From contig CAZENR010000009.1 in NCBI GenBank assembly GCA_964513925.1, positions 476 through 64,475 of the forward strand: 64,000 nt of DNA. Direction: 5' to 3'. Source of the stretch: an uncultured Candidatus Peribacteria bacterium (GTDB taxonomy: Bacteria > Patescibacteriota > Gracilibacteria > Peribacterales > Peribacteraceae). This document shows, piece by piece, positions 7,573 to 16,083 of this stretch (positions within the stretch are counted from its first letter, which is position 1; every line of letters begins with the position of its first letter). The notes under the pieces are model-generated. The model was not told the DNA's origin and did no database searches. It saw only the letters and a program-made list of their open reading frames with translations. Made by a program: the position numbers and the translations under genes.

Positions 7573-8889
7573 TTATGCAACCCACAGCCAATTGGCGTAG
7601 CGGAAGAGGAGCAGGCCCTGGAGCAAGGCTGCACACACGAACATTGTCGCAAGGGACACTTCTAGCGTGGCACGCAACGCAGGGCTTGGCCGCCAGCGCA
7701 TCAGCAATGGTGCTGCGAGCAGCGTCAGCAGTGCAAAAACCGGGAATGTATGACGCACCATGGACTCCATGCCCATGGGCGCAAAACTGGCGCCCGAAAT
7801 ATACAGAATCCATCCGGCACACCAATACAAGACAATGCGAGGCAACCAGTCGCTGCTACCCGCTTTCCGAGAAAGCGCCCGCACCGCATCGGCTACGACA
7901 ATAGCCAAAAACACCCAACCGATGACAGCGGCGGTAAAACGCCCCAGTTGAGCCGGGTCCAAGAGCGGCCCCTGCACTTCTGGAACCAACAGTCTCGGCG
8001 GCCAACGCAGGGGAAAGAGGTAATCCGGATGAATTCCCCAGCCCAGCCGCTGACGCCAGATGTACAAATCCCAATGCCCGAACTGCAACTGGCAATACAA
8101 CAGGAACCCCAAGCCTCCGCAGGCAGCGAGGACGCTGTCCCACAAGGCAAACGAATACAATCCTTTCTGTGACTGCATACAACGCCTCCACAGCGCAACG
8201 ATCAACGGCAGTGCGGCAAGCGGCAACGCAACAAACTTTGTTGCAGTCATAACGACTCCATGCAGCGTTGCCAATACGCCGGATGCATCTCGGCGATCCA
8301 GCGTCCAGTAGGCAAATCCCAGCAACGATGCCAGAAACAAGGATTCGGAATACGGCATCACCATGAAGAATGCTCCCGGGTGTACTGCAATCGCCAGTAT
8401 GCACAATGCCTGCAGGAGCGCCGGAATACGCAAACGCGCAAGCCAAGCAAGAATGTACGCCCACGCCACCACCGCTGCGCAGCGGCTGACAAGCAGCATT
8501 GCGGTAACCAGCGGTGCAACGCCCAACAATCTCAGCACTCTCACAAACAACGGATACGCCGGGTAGAACGCGATATCGGTTCCGGCTTCTATTTGGCTAC
8601 GGGTTAAAGATGACGGCTCCACTTCATGCGGAATGCTGCTGTTGTATCCGTTCAACACGATGCCGCCGTAGAACTTGGCATCCCACTTCAGCAACATGTG
8701 ATCGGCCTGCCAAAGCGTGGTGCCCAACGCCAGCGGAACACAGAGTGTCTGAACGGTAACGATTACCAATGCCAGCAGCAACCGTTGTGCACAAACCTGC
8801 GCGCGTTCGGGCAGTAGCACCCACGGATACGTCAGGAGAGCCGGAACCGGTGAGCACTGCGCGAAAGGCATCTCCACAGTATACCGCAA
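7573..8889 (-). CDS. polytopic membrane glycosyltransferase-like protein (PIG-V/GT-C-like)
   Basis: 438 aa with more than 8 TM segments. WDAKFYGGIVLNGY...IAFYPAYPLFVR resembles the PIG-V mannosyltransferase signature. Confidence 0.5.
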   Translation of the reverse strand: MRYTVEMPFAQCSPVPALLTYPWVLLPERAQVCAQRLLLALVIVTVQTLCVPLALGTTLWQADHMLLKWDAKFYGGIVLNGYNSSIPHEVEPSSLTRSQIEAGTDIAFYPAYPLFVRVLRLLGVAPLVTAMLLVSRCAAVVAWAYILAWLARLRIPALLQALCILAIAVHPGAFFMVMPYSESLFLASLLGFAYWTLDRRDASGVLATLHGVVMTATKFVALPLAALPLIVALWRRCMQSQKGLYSFALWDSVLAACGGLGFLLYCQLQFGHWDLYIWRQRLGWGIHPDYLFPLRWPPRLLVPEVQGPLLDPAQLGRFTAAVIGWVFLAIVVADAVRALSRKAGSSDWLPRIVLYWCAGWILYISGASFAPMGMESMVRHTFPVFALLTLLAAPLLMRWRPSPALRATLEVSLATMFVCAALLQGLLLFRYANWLWVA

Positions 8890-8918
8890 AATTCATGTTT
8901 CCCCTACCGCTTCAGCGC

Positions 8919-9332
8919 TTACGCATGTGCATGGCCGCGATGCTTCTCGCCCTGCAAGGCCTTGTGCAGCAATTTCTCCTCTTTGGCGTCACGCTCAACT
9001 TCCTTCAGCTCACGCTGGAGGAAAATGGTGAGAATGGTGCGCAGTACGATGATTGCTGCAAGCTTTCCAAGATCGTCCCAGGTCGGGTTTACCAGCGATT
9101 CAATAATGTCCTTACCCACCAAAAACTCCAATCCAAGGGCCAAATGCTGACCCAACTCTATGCGAATTGCAGAGAGGATGTCTTCTTGCCGAAGCAGCTG
9201 GCGGGAAACAAACAGCCACAAGCTCTTCACCAAGCCTACAAGCATGATGACAATGCCCACATAACCGATGATTTCGCCTAGAAACAAGCTGGTACTACTT
9301 AAATCCAAAATGTTGATCGGCAGATGATCCAT
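8919..9332 (-). CDS. DUF1622-like small membrane protein
   Basis: Start taken at MDHLPINIL (9332). ...IRIELGQHLALGLEFLVGKDIIES... matches the DUF1622 pattern. Confidence 0.5.
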   Translation of the reverse strand: MDHLPINILDLSSTSLFLGEIIGYVGIVIMLVGLVKSLWLFVSRQLLRQEDILSAIRIELGQHLALGLEFLVGKDIIESLVNPTWDDLGKLAAIIVLRTILTIFLQRELKEVERDAKEEKLLHKALQGEKHRGHAHA

Positions 9333-9450
9333 AGCTGCTATGAAGGGAATGTATGTTAAGCACATTATACACGAAAACAACCCAGGGCGCACGCGGCTGA
9401 CAAAACGACGCACTCCCAAATGAACGCAAATTCTGGTATACTAACGAGGT

Positions 9451-9840
9451 ATGGCGGATTTCTCGACATACATCACACAGCAACCCTCACTCACCGAAGA
9501 GCAGCAGAAGAAGGCCGGTCAGCCCATTCCGGGCGACATGGACGACGATCATAAGAACTTCTGCAAAACCATCTCCACGCTGCTCGAGTCGGGCACTATC
9601 GATGTCACAAAGCCCGAAACATTCTTAAACCAAAGCGTGTACGATTCGCTGCCGGACGAGTGGAAGGCAAAAACCGATCTGATCATCGTGAACATGGCCA
9701 CCCTCCTCGACCATATCTACGGCTTCTACAAATCTAAGCAAACTCCCGATGCCTGCCCGCAGCTTGCAACCATGATCGAGCAGTTGTGGGAAATGAAGCA
9801 ACGCATAGAAGCCCACGGCCACGACGTGTTTAAGTTCTAG
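9451..9840 (+). CDS. hypothetical protein (129 aa)
   Basis: ATG lies 8 nt after an extended -10 (TGGTATACT, 9434-9442). Confidence 0.55.
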   Translation: MADFSTYITQQPSLTEEQQKKAGQPIPGDMDDDHKNFCKTISTLLESGTIDVTKPETFLNQSVYDSLPDEWKAKTDLIIVNMATLLDHIYGFYKSKQTPDACPQLATMIEQLWEMKQRIEAHGHDVFKF

Positions 9841-9887
9841 AACCGAACGTCAATCCACACACACATCAATCCCCTACCCAAACCCGT

Positions 9888-10826
9888 ATGAACCGCTTCA
9901 ACCCAGATGCGCTTCCCGCTCCCGATACAGGCGCGGAATTCCTAGACCCACGCGACCGACTTGCCTCGCTGCGCGACCAGGTGAACATGGCCGACCCGCG
10001 CGCCATTGCCGATCGTGCCATCAACAGCATTCGCAGTAACCCCAATATGTCCACGCGCGACGCCGTGGCGCTGCTGCGCCAAGCGGCCGACTTGCTATCG
10101 GGCATTACGGACCGCGCAACGGGATCCCGTCGTTTTGCCGCACTGCAGTCTGAAGGACGCGTTCTTGATAATCTCAATCCGCGACTGGCCCTGCGAACCA
10201 ACCGCCTCGCCATTTCGGGCGAACCGGTGACCGTACCGGTGCGCACTCGCCCATATATGGGTAACCCCGAAATGCTTTCACGCGAACTGGCAGGCCGCAC
10301 TATGGCCACGTTCCAGGGGATGAACAACGCCGAACTAACCGACCTGCACGAGCAAATGATGGCCATTAACCGCAGCTGCGGAACCAACTGGCGTCCGGTA
10401 CGCCTGCGCGGGTCCACCGGCCCGGACGGAGAGGCGATGCACGACTGTATTTGGGTCAACGATCCGCGCCAGCAGGGTGCATATCTCATCATTCCCGACA
10501 TGCACACCCAGGAATTCATGCGCAACGATGCAGAGTTTTCGGCGCGCGGGTTCCGCATCCGCGAGCACAGCACCTGGAACGCGCCAAACGGTGAGCTGAT
10601 TCACTGGGTACTGTGGGAGCAGGTACCGCGTGCCTACCCTGGCGCATTCATGACCGGCGGCATGGGTATGTACCCGCAGCCGCTCATCCGCGCCGACCGC
10701 ACATTCCCAGGCATCGGCCCAGTACCGCCTCCGGGTGTTCGCGGTCCGCTACCACCGCCGCCTCCTGGATTCAGGCCTGGCTTCCCTGGCGGGCCGGTAC
10801 GGTTCCCAGGAACTCGCGGCCTCTAA
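9888..10826 (+). CDS. hypothetical protein with Pro/Gly-rich C-terminus (312 aa)
   Basis: Intact ORF followed by a bidirectional terminator. Confidence 0.55.
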   Translation: MNRFNPDALPAPDTGAEFLDPRDRLASLRDQVNMADPRAIADRAINSIRSNPNMSTRDAVALLRQAADLLSGITDRATGSRRFAALQSEGRVLDNLNPRLALRTNRLAISGEPVTVPVRTRPYMGNPEMLSRELAGRTMATFQGMNNAELTDLHEQMMAINRSCGTNWRPVRLRGSTGPDGEAMHDCIWVNDPRQQGAYLIIPDMHTQEFMRNDAEFSARGFRIREHSTWNAPNGELIHWVLWEQVPRAYPGAFMTGGMGMYPQPLIRADRTFPGIGPVPPPGVRGPLPPPPPGFRPGFPGGPVRFPGTRGL

Positions 10827-10835
10827 ATTGGATAC

Positions 10836-10861
10836 AAAAAACGGCCCTCGGGCCGTTTTTT
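10836..10861. terminator. bidirectional intrinsic terminator
   Basis: AAAAAACGGCCCTCGGGCCGTTTTTT between convergent genes. Confidence 0.8.
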
Positions 10862-10887
10862 AAATCTTGGACAGAACGGACTCTGGA

Positions 10888-11811
10888 CTACGGCCTCACC
10901 CACACAATCCTGTTGTCGTGCTTCCACCATGTCATCTGGCGCTTGGCATACTGACGGGTCTTTGCGGCAATGACCGGCTCTACCGAAAGCGGATCTATAC
11001 CGTCTTGTAAGGCGCGCACAAGTTCAGGATACCCATGACTCCGCATGCCGGGGCTCTGCAAAGTATACCCCTGCTTCAGCAGCTGCCGTACTTCGTCGAT
11101 CCAGCCGCCTCGTAGGAGAAGCGGGGTGCGTGCGTCAATCCGCTTTGTTAGTTCTTCTCGTTGCCAATGCATGCCGAAGATAAGCACGTCATAGCGGCAC
11201 GAAACCGTCACCAACTGTGCTGACTTCGGCTTTCCAGTCAGTCGGTGAATTTCCAGCGCACGTATCACATACGGCTTATTCTCTCGTGGAATGACTTTGG
11301 CGGACTCTGGATCTCTATCCGCAAGCTCAGCAAACAACTTCGCCCCGCCATCCTTGTCGTATGACGCCTCCAGCTCCGCCCGAAGCGCCGCATCTTTTGC
11401 AGGCAGCGGCTGCAAGCCGTCGATAATCGCACTGATGTACAGCATAGATCCACCAACTAGTAATGGAACTACATTGCGTGCGTGCATCTCCTCTATGGTC
11501 TCTGTAGCCATGCGCTGGTACCGGGCGGCCGTAATTTCCTCCGAAGGATCAACCACTGAGAAGAGATGGTGGGGTACGCCTGCGGTTTCCGCCGGAGTGA
11601 TCTTTGCAGTTCCAATGTCCATTCCTTTATACAACTGGCGTGAATCGGCGTTGATAATCTCCGCTGTATATCCAGCTGTCTTTAAGGAGAGTGCCAGCTG
11701 CACCGAAAACGCGGTCTTGCCGCTGGCCGTCGGTCCTAATACCACGACAAGCGGACGCTTGGCCGTAGCAAGGAATGCCTTGGTGGTTTGTAGTACGGAT
11801 TCCACAGGCAA
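10888..11811 (-). CDS. miaA: tRNA dimethylallyltransferase
   Basis: 307 aa. P-loop GPTASGKT and MiaA-type sequence throughout. Confidence 0.9.
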   Translation of the reverse strand: MPVESVLQTTKAFLATAKRPLVVVLGPTASGKTAFSVQLALSLKTAGYTAEIINADSRQLYKGMDIGTAKITPAETAGVPHHLFSVVDPSEEITAARYQRMATETIEEMHARNVVPLLVGGSMLYISAIIDGLQPLPAKDAALRAELEASYDKDGGAKLFAELADRDPESAKVIPRENKPYVIRALEIHRLTGKPKSAQLVTVSCRYDVLIFGMHWQREELTKRIDARTPLLLRGGWIDEVRQLLKQGYTLQSPGMRSHGYPELVRALQDGIDPLSVEPVIAAKTRQYAKRQMTWWKHDNRIVWVRP

Positions 11812-12115
11812 AGAATAGCGGATTTACTGCAAGATGCACTGAGCGTGACCGCGGTGTGCGCTGCGCGCGGGGTCTACTGGAGGTCGCTCAGCGGACGCAA
11901 TTTCTTGGCCACTTCTTTGTCGCAAACAACGTATTCATACCCGCAGAAGAATCCACCTCACTTTGACAAGTTTTCTATTCTTTTCAGTACAACAACATTT
12001 TTTCCACACAGTGAAACTGCCGCAGAGTGTCGTTTTTCGCTATACTGATATCGAAACGTGATTTTCAAAAGACTATACACATAGCCCTCACTTCCTTTCC
12101 ATTCTCTCTCGTCCC

Positions 12116-12769
12116 ATGCACCCGCAAATTCAGTCGATCGCTCAACAGATTTCCCGCGGCCATTTGACGCCGCAGAACAACGTACTTGTCCCCACCGTGA
12201 TTGAAAAAACCCAGTTCGGTGAGCGTGTGTACGATATCTACTCTCGACTGCTGGAGGAGCGCATTGTCTTCTTGGGAACGCCCATCAACGACGCAATCGC
12301 CAACACGGTGATCGCTCAGCTGCTGTTCTTGGAAAAGCAGGATCCGAAGAAAGACATCATCTTCTACGTGAACTCTCCGGGCGGACAAGTCAGCTCCACC
12401 ATGGCCATGTACGACACCATGCAGCTGGTCAGCCCCGATGTTTCCACCGTGTGCTTGGGAATGGCTGCATCCGGCGGCGCCATCATTCTTATGGCTGGCG
12501 CCAAGGGAAAGCGTTTTGCGCTCCCCCACTCCGAAATCATGATCCACCAGCCTCTTGGCGGCACCGAGGGACAGGCAACCGACATCGCCATTCATGCCGA
12601 GCACATCATCCGCATGAAGGATATGCTGAACGAAATGATCGCCAAGCACTCCGGTCAAAAAGTGGCCAAGGTAAAGGTGGACACGGAGCGTGACAAGTTT
12701 CTCACGGCGCAAGAAGCGCTGGACTACGGCCTGATCGATAAGATTATCTCCGGCAAAACCGCCGCGTAA
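12116..12769 (+). CDS. clpP: ATP-dependent Clp protease proteolytic subunit
   Basis: 217 aa. ClpP signatures around [11 protein letters not shown] and IMIHQPLGG. Confidence 0.95.
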   Translation: MHPQIQSIAQQISRGHLTPQNNVLVPTVIEKTQFGERVYDIYSRLLEERIVFLGTPINDAIANTVIAQLLFLEKQDPKKDIIFYVNSPGGQVSSTMAMYDTMQLVSPDVSTVCLGMAASGGAIILMAGAKGKRFALPHSEIMIHQPLGGTEGQATDIAIHAEHIIRMKDMLNEMIAKHSGQKVAKVKVDTERDKFLTAQEALDYGLIDKIISGKTAA

Positions 12770-12788
12770 ACACTCTTCGAGCCGCAAC

Positions 12789-12821
12789 AAAAAACGGCGC
12801 CTCGCTCCGAGGCGCCGTTTT
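12789..12821. terminator. bidirectional intrinsic terminator
   Basis: AAAAAACGGCGCCTCG-ctc-CGAGGCGCCGTTTT. Confidence 0.85.
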
Positions 12822-12841
12822 CATAGTCATGCCGTACAAGT

Positions 12842-13264
12842 TTACTCAACCGATTCCGTTTGCTGGAACGCAAAATCAGGCTGCGGGTTGAGCGCAAAGA
12901 AGAATACGAGCAGCCAGACGAGAGGTGGGAAACAGGCCGAGATCATGTCTGGCAGCGGTATGCCGGTCATCAGGGTTTTCAGGAGCAATCCAACGGGGAT
13001 GGATGCCAACGCGGCACCGCCCACCCAAGCTGTTATGTACTGGTAGCGCCCTACCAGGAGCATGCCGCCACCGAAAATAAACAGTGCGGGTAAGAAGTAC
13101 GCCCATACTGTCCCGACAAGCTCCAGTGCGCCAAGACCGTCTATGACATTTGCAACGAACGGTGCGAAATCGCGGTATTCCGCAATGCCGATGAGGAGCA
13201 TCGGCACGCCTACTGCAATGCGCAGAGCCAGGTTGGAAATCTCTGATGGCGACTTGTAGTTCAT
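12842..13264 (-). CDS. DoxX-like 4-TM membrane protein
   Basis: 140 aa, hydrophobic. Paralogous to 13286..13777. Confidence 0.5.
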   Translation of the reverse strand: MNYKSPSEISNLALRIAVGVPMLLIGIAEYRDFAPFVANVIDGLGALELVGTVWAYFLPALFIFGGGMLLVGRYQYITAWVGGAALASIPVGLLLKTLMTGIPLPDMISACFPPLVWLLVFFFALNPQPDFAFQQTESVE

Positions 13265-13285
13265 GAAAGATGGGAGTGACTTAAA

Positions 13286-13777
13286 TTACTTCTTGGGACA
13301 GATGCAAGGCCCACCCTTGCTGCAGGTGCAACCAGGTGCGCAACCAGCGGTGCTGCCGCAGCAGAACATTTTCTGAATGACCCAGAACGTGATCAGCATG
13401 ATGCTGGCGTTTTGAATTGCTGCGCCCGCATTGCCCATAACAGATACATCACCAACCATCACCGACAAGCCAGCGTAACCCAAAATGCCTCCGAGCGAAG
13501 CCAGGATACAAATCTTGGCGATGCACTTCAGCTGGCCAATTGCGAACAATAAGCCGCCAGCAATCTGCAGCGCGGGAACAATGTATGCCAATACTCCTGC
13601 AGCCATGGCCAACGCCGGTACTGTGGGGAAAGCGCCCTTGGCCATTTCAACGAATCCTCCAAGGTTGCGGTAATGGTTTACGCCAAATCCGGCCAAAGCA
13701 AGACCGAATCCAATGCGGGGCAACCACTTTGCGTACGTGGACGGACAGGGTTGTACGGGACATTTGCAGCACGACAT
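13286..13777 (-). CDS. DoxX-like membrane protein with Cys-rich N- and C-terminal tails
   Basis: Start at MSCCKCPVQPCP (13777); ATG 13831 is an alternative. C-terminus is CCGSTAGCAPGCTCSKGGPCICPKK. The longer ORF to 14077 would overlap tgt. Confidence 0.5.
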   Translation of the reverse strand: MSCCKCPVQPCPSTYAKWLPRIGFGLALAGFGVNHYRNLGGFVEMAKGAFPTVPALAMAAGVLAYIVPALQIAGGLLFAIGQLKCIAKICILASLGGILGYAGLSVMVGDVSVMGNAGAAIQNASIMLITFWVIQKMFCCGSTAGCAPGCTCSKGGPCICPKK

Positions 13778-13907
13778 GGGAAATGAGAGAAGGAATAAGG
13801 TGTCGCAATTATCGCATTGGGCAGTGCACATTGGACTATCAGTTGGGTGTACTTGCAACGCGAATCGCGCACTGCCATCTCTACCGAAGCACGCTACAAT
13901 CTCCGAG

Positions 13908-15044
13908 ATGTTCACCCTGCACAAGAGCACCGGCCTCGGAAGGCGCGCCACGCTCAGAACCGCGCATGGCGATATAGAGACTCCGTTTTTCATGCCGGTT
14001 GCCACTGCCGGCGCCATGAAAGGCATCACACTGCCGGATCTTGAGGAGCTAGGAGCACAGATTCTGCTCTGCAACACCTACCATCTGCATGTACAGCCCG
14101 GAGAAGCCATTGTCCGCGACGCCGGAGGACTGCACGGATTTCTGCACTGGAACAAGCCGATTCTCACCGACTCCGGGGGGTTTCAAGTGTTTTCGCTCAA
14201 GAGCATTAGAACCATTACCGACGAGGGTGTGCGATTCCAGAACCATCGCAACGGCAGCCCGCTGTTCATCGGGCCTAAGGAATCCATAATCATTCAGCAT
14301 GCATTGGGGGCCGACATCATCATGTGCTTTGACGAATGTCCGCCTTCCACTGCGGCACGCGTTGACCAAATGAAAGCGGTGGATAGGACGCTTCGTTGGG
14401 CCAAGGAATGCAAAAGGGTTCATGAAGAGTTAAAGACCATGAAAGCAGGACTCCAAGACTCCAAGATTCCGGTTGCCAAGGGTAGAAAGGAGGCAAAACA
14501 AACAACTGACTCGCCACTCCTGTTCGGCATCGTCCAAGGCGGCCTGGAGCGAGATTTGCGGGAGAAGTGCGCCAACGAGCTGATTGCCATAGGCTTCGAT
14601 GGGTACGCCGTGGGCGGGCTGGCAGTAGGCGAAACTGAGAGCGAGATGATGGATGTTCTTGATGTGGTGTGCCCGCTGTTACCGGAAAACAAGCCGCGCT
14701 ACCTGATGGGTGTTGGCGAAATACACCAACTGCAGGAAGCCGCCAAACGCGGCATCGATATGGCCGATTGCGTCTCGCCAATGCGCGAAGCTAGGCACGG
14801 CAACGTATGGCTGAGCACGGGCAAAAAGGTGCGCATTCACCGCAGCGAGTACCGCACCGACTATTCTGCCATAGACGAGCATTCCCCCACCCGCTACGGA
14901 CGAGAGCACTCTAAAGCATACGTGCATCATCTCATGCGCTTGGGTGAACGTTACGGTGAAACCATCGCCTGCATGCAAAACATGGCGGTCATGCTGGACG
15001 CCATGAAAAAGCTGCGCGGAAAGATCGACGAATTCACCCACTGA
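13908..15044 (+). CDS. tgt: queuine tRNA-ribosyltransferase
   Basis: Start at MFTLHKSTG. TGT motifs include LTDSGGFQVFS and GYAVGGLAVGE. Confidence 0.92.
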   Translation: MFTLHKSTGLGRRATLRTAHGDIETPFFMPVATAGAMKGITLPDLEELGAQILLCNTYHLHVQPGEAIVRDAGGLHGFLHWNKPILTDSGGFQVFSLKSIRTITDEGVRFQNHRNGSPLFIGPKESIIIQHALGADIIMCFDECPPSTAARVDQMKAVDRTLRWAKECKRVHEELKTMKAGLQDSKIPVAKGRKEAKQTTDSPLLFGIVQGGLERDLREKCANELIAIGFDGYAVGGLAVGETESEMMDVLDVVCPLLPENKPRYLMGVGEIHQLQEAAKRGIDMADCVSPMREARHGNVWLSTGKKVRIHRSEYRTDYSAIDEHSPTRYGREHSKAYVHHLMRLGERYGETIACMQNMAVMLDAMKKLRGKIDEFTH

Positions 15045-15089
15045 CCCCTTGCGGAGCCAGTGGGCGTATGAGTACCTGCTGTAGCTGTT

Positions 15090-15239
15090 CTAGTAACGTG
15101 GGACGTCTAGCTCCTCAAGACGCAATCGGGTGTAACCCGGCTTCGTAGGAGGTTCGTCCTCGATAGCTAGTAGAGCTTCAAGGAACAGCAGGATGAATCG
15201 CAGGACTACGCCTACGATGATGAGTAACAAGAGTCCCAT
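15090..15239 (-). CDS. 49-aa single-pass hydrophobic peptide (below the ORF-track cutoff)
   Basis: Sequence MGLLLLIIVGVVLRFILLFLEALLAIEDEPPTKPGYTRLRLEELDVPRY. GGAGGG lies 8 nt before the ATG, and a consensus promoter lies upstream. Confidence 0.55.
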   Translation of the reverse strand: MGLLLLIIVGVVLRFILLFLEALLAIEDEPPTKPGYTRLRLEELDVPRY

Positions 15240-15290
15240 GGTGGAACCCTCCGACAACTAGTGCACTATTGCACGTAGATGCCTGTTTTC

Positions 15291-15318
15291 ATTATAATAA
15301 TTTTAGAATTTTTGTCAA
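15291..15318 (-). promoter_or_regulatory. consensus sigma70 promoter TTGACA-N16-TATAAT
   Basis: Minus-strand -35 at 15313-15318 and -10 at 15291-15296. Confidence 0.65.
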
Positions 15319-15584
15319 GTTTTGCGCCTAACCCACCAACACTTGATTGCTGGGAGCGAAAGCGTGGATAACAGATAACCTCCTGTCGGCACGCATGCGT
15401 GCACCCAAGGCTGCGACACGCCGATTGTGAATAAGAAGACGCAGGCGACCACATACGTCGCACTCGCTATCAGCATGCGCCGAAATACGCTGGTCTCCCA
15501 AGCCTTGTCCGCCTCCACGCGGGCATTGCGAAACTGCAGCGACCGGATCTCGGCCTCTATACGATCCAGACGGTCGTCGGCCAT
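15315..15584 (-). CDS. small membrane protein (89 aa) downstream of rplU
   Basis: ATG lies 1 nt after the rplU stop. Amphipathic N-terminus followed by two hydrophobic segments. Confidence 0.5.
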   Translation of the reverse strand: MADDRLDRIEAEIRSLQFRNARVEADKAWETSVFRRMLIASATYVVACVFLFTIGVSQPWVHACVPTGGYLLSTLSLPAIKCWWVRRKT

Positions 15585-15585
15585 A

Positions 15586-15903
15586 CTACTTACCGGCGAC
15601 GGCAGTCACTTCGATCTCGGTGTAGTCCTGGCGGTGGCCGCGCAGAATCTTGTGGTAGCGCTTGCGGCGCTTGAATTTGCGAACCACGATCTTCTCGCCC
15701 TTGCTGTGAGCCAAGACCTTGGCAGTCACGGAAGCACCGGAAACGTACGGCTTGCCGACAGTGGCATCCGAACCGCTGGAGAGCAGCAGCACTTTCTCGA
15801 ACTTCACGCTGTCGCCAACCTTGGCATCCAGCTTCTGAACCTTCAATTTCATTCCTTTCTCGGCCTTCTCCTGAAAACCGGCGATATCGACAATTGCGAA
15901 CAT
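15586..15903 (-). CDS. rplU: 50S ribosomal protein L21
   Basis: 105 aa from MFAIVDIAGFQEK; bL21 family throughout. Confidence 0.9.
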   Translation of the reverse strand: MFAIVDIAGFQEKAEKGMKLKVQKLDAKVGDSVKFEKVLLLSSGSDATVGKPYVSGASVTAKVLAHSKGEKIVVRKFKRRKRYHKILRGHRQDYTEIEVTAVAGK

Positions 15904-15927
15904 GGGCAGTGCGTAAAAAGCTGGGAG

Positions 15928-15956
15928 AGTGTAGCTGGACACGAAAAGGCACGCAA
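15928..15956 (-). promoter_or_regulatory. possible rplU promoter TTGCGT-N17-TACACT
   Basis: Minus-strand hexamers at 15951-15956 and 15928-15933. Confidence 0.35.
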
Positions 15957-16083
15957 TACCTTCTTGGCACCCCCGTATCGGAGGGAAAAGCGGTTTTTCG
16001 GCTGGGAGTAACGAAAGAGCTGCCACGGAAGCATATTTGCTTGTCAGACACAGGAAAAGTTGAGTACAGTCCTCCCCTTCCCT

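Noticed and set aside
13778-14077. 263-aa version of the Cys-rich DoxX-like ORF
   Set aside because: The upstream extension overlaps the tgt start region and is not protein-like. The internal ATG at 13777 (or 13831) was used.
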